The notes under the pieces: model-generated
The model's input: the letters and a program-made list of their open reading frames with translations, nothing else
What the model was told of the DNA's origin: nothing
Databases searched by the model: none
Assembly: GCA_951406725.2 (NCBI GenBank)
Contig: OX597821.1
Span: 85,622,001 to 85,686,000 of the forward strand
Reading direction: 5' to 3'
Source: Octopus vulgaris
Taxonomy: Eukaryota
Length of the DNA stretch: 64,000 nucleotides
Part shown: in pieces, positions 26,037 to 39,680 of the stretch
Layout: every line of letters begins with the position of its first letter
Position numbering within the stretch: position 1 is the stretch's first letter
Position numbers and translations under genes: made by a program

Positions 26037-26829
26037 TCTTTATATATAAAAGTGAAGTTGTGTGCTGTCTGTCTCCTACGATTTAGATTCCTAACTACTC
26101 CCACATTTTGCGGTGCAGTGTAACCAAAACCGGGTATCTTATAGTCGGAATTCATATCGAGTCCTTCTGGGTATTAGCGCGCGTCTACGATGATTCTACG
26201 ATTTAAAAAAAAATTTACCATCTTTTTTTCCATTTTAATGCATTTTTTCGCTATTATATAAGGGAAGTAACTCTCTGAAAATGTCTACGATGAGTCAACG
26301 ATTTAAAAAAAAAATTACCATAATTGTTTTGCTATTTTCAATGCATTTTTTTGCTATTTTTTGGCTATAACTCTCTAAAAATGCTTATATAGTTATTTCC
26401 CTTACAAATCCGAGCAACGCCGGGCGATACGGCTAGTTATATATAAAAGTAAGGTTGTGTGCTGTCTGTCTCCTACGATTTAGATTCCTAACTACTCACA
26501 CATTTTGCGGTGCAGTTTAACCAAAACCGGGTATCTTATAGTCGTGATTCATATCGAGCCCTTCTGGGTATTAGCGCGCGTCTACGATGAGTCTACGATT
26601 TAAAAAAAATTTACCATCATTTTTTACCATTTTAATGCATTTTTGGCATATATAAGGGAAGTAACTCTCTAAAAATTTATTATTAAATCTCAGAACGTAA
26701 AAAGCTACAGTAACACGCCCACCTTTTGTGGTTAGCCATATTGAGATGGCTATTATACTTTACATCTCTAAAAATGCTTATATAGTTATTTCCCTTACAA
26801 ACCCGAGCAACGCCGGGTGATACTGCTAG
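26037..26829 (+). mobile_element. Tandem pair of non-autonomous Helitrons (26037-26436, 26437-26829)
   Basis: A|TC start; two hairpin+CTAG ends (26433-26436, 26826-26829); the second unit lacks the first 3 nt. Confidence 0.9.
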
Positions 26830-26993
26830 TTAATTTATAAATGTTTAGTTTGGGCATAAGCCGCATCAATCTCAACAGCCTGGAGCGGCAGCGTAAATGA
26901 GAGATACTGCCCCAGTTTTTTTGATAAACAAATAGAAAAACAAACTTCTTTTATCGTATTTAATTCTGTCCTTCTGCTTCGTGATCCCTAATC

Positions 26994-27317
26994 TGGCACT
27001 CCGTCGGTTACGACAACGAGTGTTCCAGTTGATTCGATCGACGGAACAGCCTGCTCGTGAAATTAACGTGCATGTGGCTGAGCACTCCACAGACCCGCGT
27101 ACCCTTAACGTAGTTCTCAGGGAGATTCAGCGTGACACAGAGTGTGACAAGGCTGTCCCCTTTGAAATATAGGTACTACTCATTTTTGCCAGTTGAATGG
27201 ACTGGAGTAATGTGAAATAAAGTGTCTTGCTCAAGGACACAACGCGTCACCGGGAATCGAACTCACGACCTTGCGATCGGGAGCCGAGACATGACTACTA
27301 AGCCAAGCGCCTTCATG
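26994..27317 (-). mobile_element. tRNA-derived SINE (family C)
   Basis: Minus strand has GAGTTCGATTCCC B-box and TGTGTCCTTGAGCAAGACAC, and ends CCGACGGAGTGCC. A 3' fragment also occurs on + at ~12295-12394. Confidence 0.8.
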
Positions 27318-29543
27318 ATTCCGAATCCCACTGGGATCAACTCCTTGTTTTATTTGTTTGGGGTCGATAAAAATACCAACCATTCATGTGGGTGGACTTC
27401 GTGTCATTGTGACAAAGTATCGAATCTATATTTTAAATACAAAATACCACCGTCTAAAAAAAAAAAAAAAAAAAAAAAAAAACTAACAACTTTCTAAACA
27501 AAATCTCAAATTGATTTCAAATCAAAGACGGAATTATTTCATATTAACGAAAGCGATCTCCCTCAATATATTATCGAAAAAAAGGTATATTACTCGTTAG
27601 AAGTACATAAGATATGATTCTAACCAGCTCTATTCACAACTGCATTTCCGTTAACAGTTATAATAATTTCATTTCAGATATATAATCGTCAACTAGACGC
27701 AGTTTATTTCCTTTATAAACGTCTGTCTCAATGTCTACGTTGGAAATAATTGTTGCTGAAGAATTAAAAAGCAACATTGATATGTTGTTAATTCCAAAGA
27801 TGGTGTGTCGAGAAGCCAGATTATGGGGCAATATTTTTGGGTCTGTATAAGAAGCAAGGATGGATAGTGGCAAAGTCAAGGATACGCCGGACGACGCTTT
27901 TATGGATTTGCTATATAAGCCTGTATAGGGAACAGATGGGGTATGACAAACCCAAGCGCTGTCCTGGATGCATACACCCTATCTACGCTCCTGGCTAGGT
28001 TCGCATTTTTTTTTCAAGGTATTATTTAGACTGAAGAAGAGCGCAAAGTGCCCAAAGCCCTTCCAAGTTCTCTCGATTCGCTGAGGTTGATGTCTTGCTT
28101 GAATTTCTCTGAATTAGAAAACACGAATAGAAAAAAGTTTACTGAGAGTTGACGTTCTGGAAAGAATGATATGGCGAAGTATTTATCATAGTGTTTGGTT
28201 GGGAGACACAACAGGGAAAATGAGAAGTGCGCTGAATAGAAATTGACTAAAAGTGGTACACGACTAACTAGCAAGTCGCCAATATAGCGGTGATGGTAAA
28301 AAAGACAGACAGAAAATATAGATTGTTTGTAAGCCTGTGAGAGGGAGTGAAGTTTTGATGGCCAGTCCTTTGTCGATGTTTATTTATTTATTTATTTTGG
28401 ATGCAGTTTAGAATGTTTATCTATAACATTTGATGCAACCCATAAAACGCGACTTGCTCAGTATAGATGACAAAATATTTATTATCAAACACTTTTTGTA
28501 ATATTTCCGTATATGAAAGCATATCTCATGTTTAACATACGATTTCATTGATTAGCATACAAGATAATTACATAGATCGCTTTATTGCATAACTTTCCAA
28601 ATTACCGGAGCCGTTTAGAACAAAAATCTATTATAAAATTTGATTCATTAATTGCATATGTAAATACGGTAATTTCTGTTAATTGGATAAGATAATTTTT
28701 CAAGTTATTTTCGGTTAAGAAAAACGGTGACATATTACAGTTGATTTGATTTGATATAAAGTCATTCTGGAAGCTTACTTTTTAATGATGAATAAATGAC
28801 AATAGTTACTACTTCAAGCTAACTTACAAGCAACTACTATCAAAAGGGTTAAATGTATTGAAGTTATTCTGACTAGTTCAGTGTATTAAAAACTATCGAA
28901 ATACAGATTCTGATTCATTTTTAATCATGTAATAAAAACGATTTTGTAAATAGAAAAAATCCGAAAAAAGAAAAAAGAAAAAAAAGATTATTTCAGTTAA
29001 AGCTATGAATAGACGCTATTTTGTCATTTTCGTTATCGACTACATCAAGTCTGTTATTAATTCAGTGACATTTTCCTTATCCAGCATAGCCCTAGTTGCT
29101 ATCATTGAATAATTCAAAGTGAGTAGAAAAGCCATCTGCTATGTTTTAGTAATGGAAGAATATCAAAAGGAATTTAAAATTCTCCAGAGCAAATAAGTCA
29201 TGTTTATATATATATGACCATTATCTATGACAAGTTATAGATAATGGTCATTACATATGTTTCCTTTATTAGAACAAATTAGCCAAATTTGCTCTAAAAC
29301 ACGAAAAATATATAGTGACCATTATCTATAACTTGTCTTATATATCACTCTGTAAAGACCGGTTTGTCTGGAGCCCAACCACGGATTTACAATACAGAAT
29401 TGTGATGACTCATAGCCTTGGACCCAGCCATAAGAATACTTGGAGTTTTTCACTAATCTAAACAATATATTGTAAGCCTGGTGTGCCAACAGAGAGCTTA
29501 TGAAGTATTTTGTCCAGATTGATAAGCCCTCACTATTAGCTAT

Positions 29544-29581
<38 letters not shown>

Positions 29582-29599
29582 AGAGAGAGACAGAGAGAG

Positions 29600-30398
29600 A
29601 TGAAACTTGGAAATGGATGCGTGACATTCGATCATATAATATAAATAATATATATAAATATATATGCATATATACATACATATATGTACATACCTACATA
29701 TTTATGTATATATACATGAATATATGGGTTCAGGACGTCAAAAAAAAAACGTGAACAACATGAAAAACGGGAACATAAAAAACAAAAACATGGAAAACGA
29801 AAGAAACAAATAGAGAAACGAGACAGGCAACATAAAGAACAATCCCTTCATCAATTGTCCCCTGTTTTATCTACTCCGAGTATCGAAGGTTGGGATAAGA
29901 CGCGACTTCGTTAAAACAGTCCTTTCCGCAAAGCAAATTAAATAGAATTTGAGTTTTTCACGGAGGGTTAAAGTGGTAACAAAAAGAGTACAGTAAGAAC
30001 AAAAGAGTAAAAACAAACAGTGAGGGCTGTTAAGCCATAACGAGATGAAGTGGTGAATGCTGGAGAAAGGAGCTATGACAAGAGACAGGCAAAAGTAGGT
30101 TTTATCTCTTGTAAAGCGAGAGGAAAAAAGAACGATAGCCGCTGGTCACGTGTGAGCAACGAGAGAGTCAAGGAGGAAGAGTGAGGGAGAGAGAGAGAGA
30201 GAGTGAGAGAAAGAGAACGGTGAAGGGGGAGGAAAAGAAAAACAGAAAGAAAGAAGAAAAAATAGCGATAAAGATAGAATAGAGAGTGCAGAGTGCGCAT
30301 CAGAATTAACATGAAACTTACTTGGAAATGGATGCGTGGCGTTCGATCATATAATGATATAAATAATATATATAAATATATATACATATATACATACA

Positions 30399-30497
<99 letters not shown>

Positions 30498-30635
30498 GCA
30501 TGTATGGGTACAGACATAAAAAACGTGAACAAAATGAAAAACGAGAACATAAAAAAGCAAAAACTTTTCTTTCGGACAACGAAAGAAACAAAGAGAGAAA
30601 CGAGGCAGGCACATAAAGAACAATCCCTTCATCGA
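29600..30635. repeat. Partial tandem (about 1.4 copies, ~710-bp unit) of a Penelope-like non-coding repeat next to (TA)n
   Basis: GGAAATGGATGCGTG...ATAAAGAACAATCCCTTCATC occurs at 29600-29852 and 30311-30633; an inverted related fragment lies at ~12160-12292. Confidence 0.7.
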
Positions 30636-30707
30636 TAACTGGAGCGCTGCAGTCGCTATAGACGACTGTCTCCCTCCCACAAATTGCAGCCTTGTAAAGA
30701 GGATTGC

Positions 30708-30767
<60 letters not shown>

Positions 30768-30768
<1 letters not shown>

Positions 30769-31299
30769 GAGTGAGAGAGCAGTTCATGCCATCAAAGTGA
30801 CACTGGGGTAAAATATACGAAGCCCAGTATACCCATCATGACTACCTGTCTGATAAGGGTACACCAGGCACATGCATCACAACCATATGTGCGCGACATG
30901 GTGATTTCATATCAAAATAAACAGCACATGACCTTACAGGTGGGGCCCAGTTAGAATTTTCTTCAGATCGAGTAACCCATCTCACTCGAAAGGTCCCTGA
31001 ATAAGGGTTGTTTAAGGATGTTGAACGAAACACCCATGTTTCCAGAGGTGAATTATTCAAACCCCAAAGAATCCCTCTCAACACATGGCTATGATGCTCC
31101 CCCACTACTTCTGCTCGTGATCAGAGATGCACATATCGTCAGTCACTAAGGGACATGGTCAACTGGTTAAGGTCAAACAACCGACAAGCAAATCTGTGGT
31201 ATTGAGCAGAATATTTGCTGTAGCCCATCTTTTATACCAAGACAAAACAATGTACATGATAACACTTCCAATCAGTTATGATCAGAAGCCATGAGAGCC
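30768..31299 (-). mobile_element. (TAA)n-targeting retroelement copy
   Basis: Reverse complement of 11480-12024 lacking ~24 5' nt; (ATT)n on both sides. Confidence 0.88.
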
Positions 31300-31364
<65 letters not shown>

Positions 31365-32929
31365 GTAGTAGTAGTAGTAGTAGTAGTTGTTGTTGTTGTT
31401 GTACTGTTGCTGTTGTATCACCAAATAGTTGTACTTTGGATTCACTCACTCTACTTTCTTACTCTGTCGTAAACCACGTATGGTAAAATCAGGTTTCTAA
31501 TTAAAAAAGTTGAGAGATGCCAACTGTCTTAGCCAAACCACGATATCTATACACATAGGGATTAAAAAAAAATATTCTACATTTAAACATTCGAGAAATA
31601 AAGAACAATTTTCTGTTTAGAAATTTGATTTAATTACTATCATCTGATTAAATTTTTTTAATAAAGAAAAAATAATAATGATTATATTTTAATTAAATAT
31701 ACTAAGGAATTTGAACGTTTAATATTTAATGAAATCCATATGTAAAGTGGTTTAAAGAAAGAGTAATCTCTCAGCGGTCAGGGTAAGCAGATTTTTACAG
31801 ACCGACGCCATTTAATTTCATATACGCTACGAATTTCACCGAACGAAGGCGTAAAAAGCAGTTTCTCCATTTTCCTCTCTTTTCTAAAATACATGCTTGT
31901 TACTATTTAGATTCAGATCTGTGCTGATCAGAAAGACATATAATCAAAGTCATCCTACTAGTGACTTCCTCTGTTTTTAAGACTATTTTATGTAATTTTT
32001 TCTTTCCTTATTTAAAACAGTGAGATGCGTGATTTCAGGGGGATTTGGTTGCTATTTCTAGTAGGTCGAGCGATCATGTAGAAGCTCTCTTGATGGCTTG
32101 CAAAAAATATATGGTCTTTGAGTAGGAGGTGAAAAAAAAAACAAAAAAAAAAAAACAAGTTCAACGTTTAATCAAATCAACTTAATAATCTTTATATTTA
32201 CTAGTATTTAATTACCGTTCTCCATTTATGCATTTGATTCCGACAGGAGGCCGATTTTGAGTATCATCGCTTTGAAATTCGTGCCCGAGTACAAACATGA
32301 ACGATTCTAACAGTAAGATAGAAAATAATGTTTATTTTCGTATGCTTCCACTTTATTTATATTTGAAAAGTTTTCTACTATTTTTAATTGCAAAGTCTTT
32401 GATCACCATGAACACTTCGAAATCATATTTCTGGTCATAAACCACTTCGACTATTATTTTAGCAAGTTGAACGCCATTTCCTTTTGTGGCGTAAACCGTT
32501 TAACCATTTCCGTGGTGCTCTTCTTTCTCTTGATGCCAAAGTTGTTTTATAATAAAATAGATTTTCTTGTGAGTAGAATAAGGTTAATTTCAGTGGCTAT
32601 GATGAGTAACATTAATATTATTTTGTATACAAGGAAATCTTTTTTTACCCTATGTCAACTATCTTTCGATAAAATAGGAACAACACGAAACAAGATTATC
32701 CAGTTTCCATTTTGATATCGGGATTGGGAGGAACCATGAAATAAGTGATACCGGAGACCATACATAAAAAAAAAAACGTATTTATACCCTCTGACGTACT
32801 TATTGAGAGCTTTCTAATCATACGTAACTTCAAATCCTAGAAACAGATCAAAAATATCTTCGCAGACTTCATCATAAAAATTACACTCGAGTCTAACCTT
32901 AATCAGTCTTGTACAATCGACTTTGTCAC

Positions 32930-33195
32930 CGAGTCAGGAAAATAGATCGTATTGCGTGATCCAAACCTTTCCGAAACAACACAGTGTCTCTGCCTCTCGT
33001 TTCCAATCGACTTGGGGATGCGTACAACTCCAAGTCATCGAAGATGAGCGCGAAAGCTCGTATCTCGGAAATTCTAGTCCCACTGATGGCCACCACATTT
33101 ACATTTAGTGACCTGAGGTCGTTGAGCAGCTGGTCTTGATTCTAAGGTGATCACTGGTCACGTGCATTCACGCTGGCTATTCTGATTATGGCCAT
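32930..33195 (-). pseudogene. L1/Tx1-type LINE ORF2 N-terminal AP-endonuclease remnant
   Basis: MAIIRIASVNARDQ*SP*NQDQLLNDLRSLNVNVVAISGTR... matches the APE motifs xSxNxxG and DxxxxxET; in-frame stops. Confidence 0.65.
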
Positions 33196-33533
33196 GTTGA
33201 TTGAAAGGAGGAATGTGACAAGGATCACTTTTCTTATTCTTGTGGAAGAATAGATAATCCGTCTTTCCGGTTAACTGTGGACGTTTACACGAGCAAATGT
33301 TTGTAAATCTTAATTGTCCCTCGGAAATTGTTCATTCTGTGGAGATATTTTGTGGTATTGGTGCTGTTACTGCTTTGGGTGGTCACACTGATAGTAGTGA
33401 TGGTGGTGGTGGTGGTGTTTGAGTTAGCAGCTGTAGTAATTGCGATGACAGCTGTAGGGGTACTTTTCTTGTTCTCACATACTGCTTCGTTTGCATTGTT
33501 ATTTCTGTTATTATTGTTGTACTTGTTATTATT

Positions 33534-34411
33534 TGTTTCTTTACTACCCACAAGGGGCTAAACACAGAGAGGACAAACAAGGACAGACAAACGGATTAAG
33601 TCGATTACATCGACCCCAGTACACAACTGGTACTTAGTTTATCGACCCCGAACAGATGAAAGGCAAAGTCGACCTCGGGGGAATTTGAACTCAGAACGTG
33701 GCGACCGGCGAAATACCTATTTCTTTACTACCCACAAGGGGCTAAACATAGAGAGGACAAACAAGGACAGACAAACGGATTAAGTCGATTACATCGACCC
33801 CAGTACATAACTGGTACTTAATTTATCGACCCCGAAAGGATGAAAGGCAAAGTCGACCTCGGGGGAATTTGAACTCAGAACGTGGCGACCGACGAAATAC
33901 CTATTTCTTTACTACCCACAAGGGGCTAAACATAGAGAGGACAAACAAGGACAGACAAACGGATTAAGTCGATTACATCGACCCCAGTACATAACTGGTA
34001 CTTAATTTATCGACCCCGAAAGGATGAAAGGCAAAGTCGACCTCGGGGGAATTTGAACTCAGAACGTGGCGACCGACGAAATACCTATTTCTTTACTACC
34101 CACAAGGGGCTAAACATAGAGAGGACAAACAAGGACAGACAAACGGATTAAGTCGATTACATCGACCCCAGTGCGTAACTGGTACTTAATTTATCGACCC
34201 CGAAAGGATGAAAGGCAAAGTCGACCTCGGGGGAATTTGAACTCAGAACGTAATGGCAGACGAAATACCAATTTCTTTACTACCCACAAGGGGCAAAAAC
34301 ACAGAGAGGACAAACAAGGACAGACAAACAGATTAAGTCGAAATACGGCAGACGAAATACGGCTACGCATTTCGCCCGGTGTGCTAACGGTTCTGCCAAC
34401 TCGCCGCCTTA
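33534..34411 (-). mobile_element. Meta-domain SINE concatemer: one head + partial unit + four 184-bp units
   Basis: TTTCTTTACTACCCACAAGGGG at 33536, 33720, 33904, 34088 and 34272; head (GCCGCCTT) at ~34410. Confidence 0.92.
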
Positions 34412-34548
34412 CCGTCCTTGTTCTTATTGTAGCTACTGTTACTGCTAAGTACCGTGGTGACGGTGGTGGCAGTAGTAGCGGTGGTGGTGATTATAGTAGT
34501 ACTCGCTATCTTACCTTTTCTGTCGTTATCATTGCTGCTGTTGTAATC

Positions 34549-34778
34549 TATTTCTTTACTACCCACAAGGGGCTAAACACAGAGGGGACAAACAAGGACA
34601 GACAAACGAATTAAGTCGATTACATCGACCCAGTGCGTAACTGGTACTTATTTAATCGACCCCGAAAGGATGAAAGGCAAAGTCGACCTCGGCGGAATTC
34701 GAACTCAGAGCGTAACGACAGACGAAATACGGTTACGCATTTCGCCCGGTGTGCTAACGTTTCTGCCAGCTCGCCGCC
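34549..34778 (-). mobile_element. Meta-domain SINE monomer
   Basis: 17-bp TSD TTGCTGCTGTTGTAATC at 34532-34548 and 34779-34795. Confidence 0.92.
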
Positions 34779-36610
34779 TTGCTGCTGTTGTAATCGTTGT
34801 TGGTATTCTTGTGGGCGATATCACGACCTGAGTGGTGGCATTTGAAGGATTGTTGTCTCTGTTCTTTTTGGTTGGCACGTTGTTGTTGTTGTTGTTGTTG
34901 GTTTTGCTGCTGCTGCTGCTGCTGCTCGTCGCAATGGCGGTGGTGTCCCTTTTTTTAGATTTGAATTTTTGTTTGTCGATCGACAAAAGGAGAGAAGCTT
35001 ACAGGAAGGTTCCAGCTTCTTTTCAAAGTCGTCTCCCACTTCTCCCTTCACCTGGCTGGGTGTTTAAAGGCGCCGCCATCTTTTAAATCTATGTTTTTCA
35101 AAACAAAATATTTCAGAATTTTGCTCATTGTTTTTGCTCCAAACGGGCGAGAAATAGAAGAGCTAACCAGCTCACTAAGTTCTTGGTTAGCTTAACAAAT
35201 GGTAAATAACATATATTAATAATGAAATGTGCCCAGATATATAAATAAACAAATAAACTTGCGGAGAGCACTAGAGTACATGTTAGTACAACGAACAAAT
35301 TAACAACAAATAAACAATAAATCATCATCATCATCATCATCATCATCAAAGACAACAGCAACAACAACGACAACAGCAGCTGCAGCAACAACTACATATT
35401 ACAACAATGAAGAAAACAAAAAAACTAGTAATAACAGAAAATGTTTTCAATCTGAAATAATGGTTCATGATTTCATTAAAAAAGATCAAATCCGTTCGGT
35501 TGAGTAAATAAAGCATGAAAACACAGTTTTTATTTACATTTTGGTGTCCTAACAACCTTGCATAGGCGGTGTTAATTGATTGTAACACTACAATGGTTTT
35601 CTCTAAAAATAATCAACAACAAAACCCGTAAAAATAAAAAGAACCGTGCTACGACCTATCAAAGTAAAACGGCTAAGATATAGGGCGTTGATTCAGTCAT
35701 ACTTTAACCATTTCTTCGTAAAATAAAAGACTGTAAGATAACCGAGTAAATAATGTTCCAGAGGCGGTTATTTAATACACATTGTTTTCTCAATACATTT
35801 AGTTCTCTTCACAAATGATCAGCGATCTTACGCACTAACTGAATCGTTCTTGTCTATGTTGTCATCAAGTGAAGAGTAAAGCTTGTGTCCTACGCAGGTC
35901 CTCTAGTAAGCTAAACTGGTTAAACCAAATCTTCTTGATAAAAGGAAATAAGCTCAAAAAGAGTTTAAAAACTTCAAAGAAAACAGAGAAGAAAGGTAGA
36001 AAGGAAGAAAAATAGGTAAGTGGTATATTAAGCTGATTATCTTCTCTTTAAAGTATTGAGCGGAGAAATCTGTAATGTGTGGTTGCAGGTGTTTTGTAGG
36101 CGGCGTTTACATAAAGAATGATTAATCTTCACCTTGAAGATTTCCATAAAACTGAAGGAGAGGAGTATGTAGTTCACTTGTTATTGACTGGCAAGCAAAT
36201 GTGATAGGCTAAAATAAGCGTTACCAATATATTCTTTATTAAAAATATAAAAGAAAAAAGCCCATCTTAACTGTTTGACATAGGTTACAGAATTTAAAAA
36301 CAAAGCAAATCAAAGAAACGTGTTGTGAATGAAGATCAAAACTCACAATCAAGCGGCTTATTTAAACGAGGAAAAAAACCCTCCAAAACAATGGTTCTCG
36401 AGAGCATCGCTCCTCCCTGCCATAGATCAGTTTATTTGCTTTCTATGTTTTATTTTTATTATTATTATTTTTTTACCGTAGTGATAGCGTTGAAACAATC
36501 CTTTCGGATCAATAATATGCTTTAAAATTTGTGGCTTTGCGCCAAAGTTAGGGAAATTATTATTACAATTACTATTATTATTATATTATTATTACTATTA
36601 TTATTATTAT

Positions 36611-37152
36611 TGAGTGAGAGAGCAGTGCATGCCATCAAAGTGACACTGGGGTAAAATATACGAAGCCCAATATACTCATCATGACTACCCGTCTGATAAG
36701 GGTACACCAGACAGATGCATGACAAACACATGTGCGCGACATGGTGATCGCATATCAAGATAAACAGCACATGACCTTGCAGGTGGGGCCCAGTTAGAAT
36801 TTTCCTCAGGTTGAGTGGCCCATCCCGTTCAAACGGTCCCTGAATAAGGGTTGTTTAAGGATGTTGAAAGAACCACCCATGTTTCCAGAGGTGAACTATT
36901 CAAACCCCAAAGAATCCCTCTCAACACATGGCTATGATGCTCCCCCACTACTTCTGCTCGTGATCAGAGTTGCACATATCGTTAGCCACTAAGGGACATG
37001 GTCAAATGGTTAAGGTCAAACAATTGACAAGCAAATTTGTGGTATTGAGCAGAATATTTGCTGTAGCCCATCTTTTATACCAAGACAAAACAATGTACAT
37101 GATAACACTTCCAATCAGTTAAGATCAGAAGCCATGAGAGCCACTGCCTGGT
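36611..37152 (-). mobile_element. (TAA)n-targeting retroelement copy
   Basis: Reverse complement of 11480-12024 lacking ~13 5' nt; (ATT)n on both sides. Confidence 0.88.
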
Positions 37153-37166
37153 TATTATTATTATTA

Positions 37167-37233
<67 letters not shown>

Positions 37234-37387
37234 TTCTTTTCATCTCAGGTTTTGTTGCAACTCCTGGAGACTTGCATGCGTAGCGGGCTTGCTGCCTACA
37301 GTCTACAGTACCATGCTAATTGTTCTTTTTAACTTTCCTGATTATTCTGGCCGCCGTGCCAAGACGAGTGAACTTCTTGTAATAGTT

Positions 37388-37456
<69 letters not shown>

Positions 37457-37561
37457 TTATTGAGTGAAAGAGTATCGTATGCCATCAAAGGGACGTTGGG
37501 GTACAAATATACGACAACAAATCTCAAATTTCAAAATATTTCTAAGGATTTTTGCAGAATA

Positions 37562-37972
37562 AGTGCAGGCATGGCTGTGTGGAAAGAAGCTTGCTTCTCA
37601 ACCACATGATTCTGGATTTAGTCCCACTGAGCGGCACCTTGGGTAAGTGTCTTCTACTATAGCCTCGGGCCGACCAAAGCCTTGCGAGTGGATTTGGTAG
37701 ACGGAAATTGAAAGAAGCCTGTCGTAAATGTGTGTGTGTGGGGGCGTGTTTTTGTGTCTGTCTTTGCCCCCCACCATCGCTTGACAACTGGTATCAGTTT
37801 GTTTACGTCCCCATAACTTAGTGTTTCAGCAAAAAAGACCGATAGAATAAGTATTAGGCTTTTAGAAAAATAAGTCTTGGGATCGATTTGTTCGACTAAA
37901 ATCCTTCAAGGAAGTGCCCCAGCATGGCCGCACTCCAGTGACTAAAACAAGTTAAAGAAAGATAAAAGAAAG
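37562..37972 (+). mobile_element. SINE family A
   Basis: Family A motifs. Confidence 0.88.
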
Positions 37973-38153
37973 AATACAGCGTCACATTTTGCTGTAAGTT
38001 GGTAATTAAGTCTTAATTCCAGTGGCTTTTAGTCTTTTAGGCAGCAGTTTGGGTGTTGTGCCACGGGAATTATTGCCATCTTAGTTTTTCACAGCCTCTT
38101 CATCTCTTCATTTCCCATTTTCCCCAATTTCTTTGCCGCTATTACTACTACTA

Positions 38154-38238
<85 letters not shown>

Positions 38239-39214
38239 AATTCCGATGCAGTCAACATTGTCTTTCGTCCTTTCCGGGTCGATAAAATAAGTACCAGTTC
38301 AAGTACTGGGGTCGATGTAATCGACTTCCCCCTTCCCTCCTAAAACTGCTAGCCCTGTGCCAAAATTTGAGACCATTATTAATATTACAAAAGATGGTGA
38401 ATGGAAGAGTTGGCGCGAGAAAGAGTACAGCACAGTACTGCCAGCGTCACTCACCAATGAGGACTTGTTGGTAACATGCACCATGCTTTCGCTAATTGTT
38501 TTAAGTGCTTATGAAGTCATGAGCAGCTATAGACATTATCTCAGGCCGCTTACGTTTAAACCAGTGGAACATCCAGAATGTGAGTATTGGTGGGAGAAAA
38601 AGCTGCACTAGTAATTGGCTTGTACTTATTACAGAGGATTGACCCGCATCAACATAAAATGAAGTACTTCGCTCAAGGTCACAACATGACACCTGGTCCA
38701 AAAACTGAATTCACGAGTCGAGCATCCAACTATAAGCCATGCATCGTCACATCTGATTAAATAACTTGCAATATTTAGTTTGAGACTTAACGTGACGAGT
38801 TGGCAGAAATGTTAGCATGTGAGGCAAAATGCTTAGCGACATTTCGTCCGTCTGAACGATCTGAGTTCAAATTCCGTCGAGGTCAGCTGTACCTTTCATC
38901 CTTTCGAGGTCGATAAAATAAGTACCAGTTGAGCACTGCGATCAATGTAATCGGCTTACGGCTACCTGAAATTGCTGGCCCAGTGTTAAAACTTGAAACG
39001 AATATTTAGTTGAGTCCCTGAATTCAAATCATGTCGAGTTCAGATTTTACCTTTCATTTTTTCGGGGTGGATACAATAACGCTCTAGTCAAGCGTAATGA
39101 GGACTGATTTAATAATTAAAAAAAACATCCTCAAAATCTGAGAATTCTGTGCCTAAATTAACTTAGATAACTTAGATATATTTCGACCTGGCCCAGGCCA
39201 TGTCTAACTTATTA

Positions 39215-39472
39215 AATAATAAATGCGCTCTTTTAAAGCCTAGCCAGGCTCATGGGCCCGGTTTCCCGGTTTCTATGGCGTATGTGTTCCCCAGCTGGAC
39301 GGGACGCCAGTCCATCGCAGCGTTACTCATTTTTGCCAGCTGAGTGAACTGGAGCAACGTGAAATGAAGTGTTTTGCTCAAGAACATAACGCGTCGCCCG
39401 GTCCAGGAATCGAAACCATAATCTTACGATCATGGTGCTGACACCCTAACCACTAAGCCACGCGCCTCCACA
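39215..39472 (-). mobile_element. tRNA-derived SINE with V-SINE-like domain
   Basis: A/B boxes on minus strand; GCGATGGACTGGCGTCCCGTCCAG domain; 12-bp TSD TCTAACTTATTA at 39203-39214 and 39473-39484. Confidence 0.88.
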
Positions 39473-39680
39473 TCTAACTTATTAGACAACATAAAAAAGA
39501 TGGGCGGAAAAAATGTGAAAAAGGTAGAGTAAAGTAAGCATTGTCTAGAGTCTTAAGACTCACAAAGTCGGTTACCCTGTTTCTATGGCATAAAAGTAAC
39601 CGAGATCACAATGTTCCCACTGAACGCTACGCTAGTCTATCCCGGGTTTATTCATTTACAGCTAAGCGGAATGAAGTAAA

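Noticed and set aside
27799-27998. Open + strand frame after a weak acceptor (WCVEKPDYGAIF...)
   Set aside because: No recognisable homology, weak splice signals, no partner exon.
33534-34411. CRISPR-like regular array
   Set aside because: Units are wholly repeated SINE bodies with no unique spacers; eukaryotic context, no cas genes.
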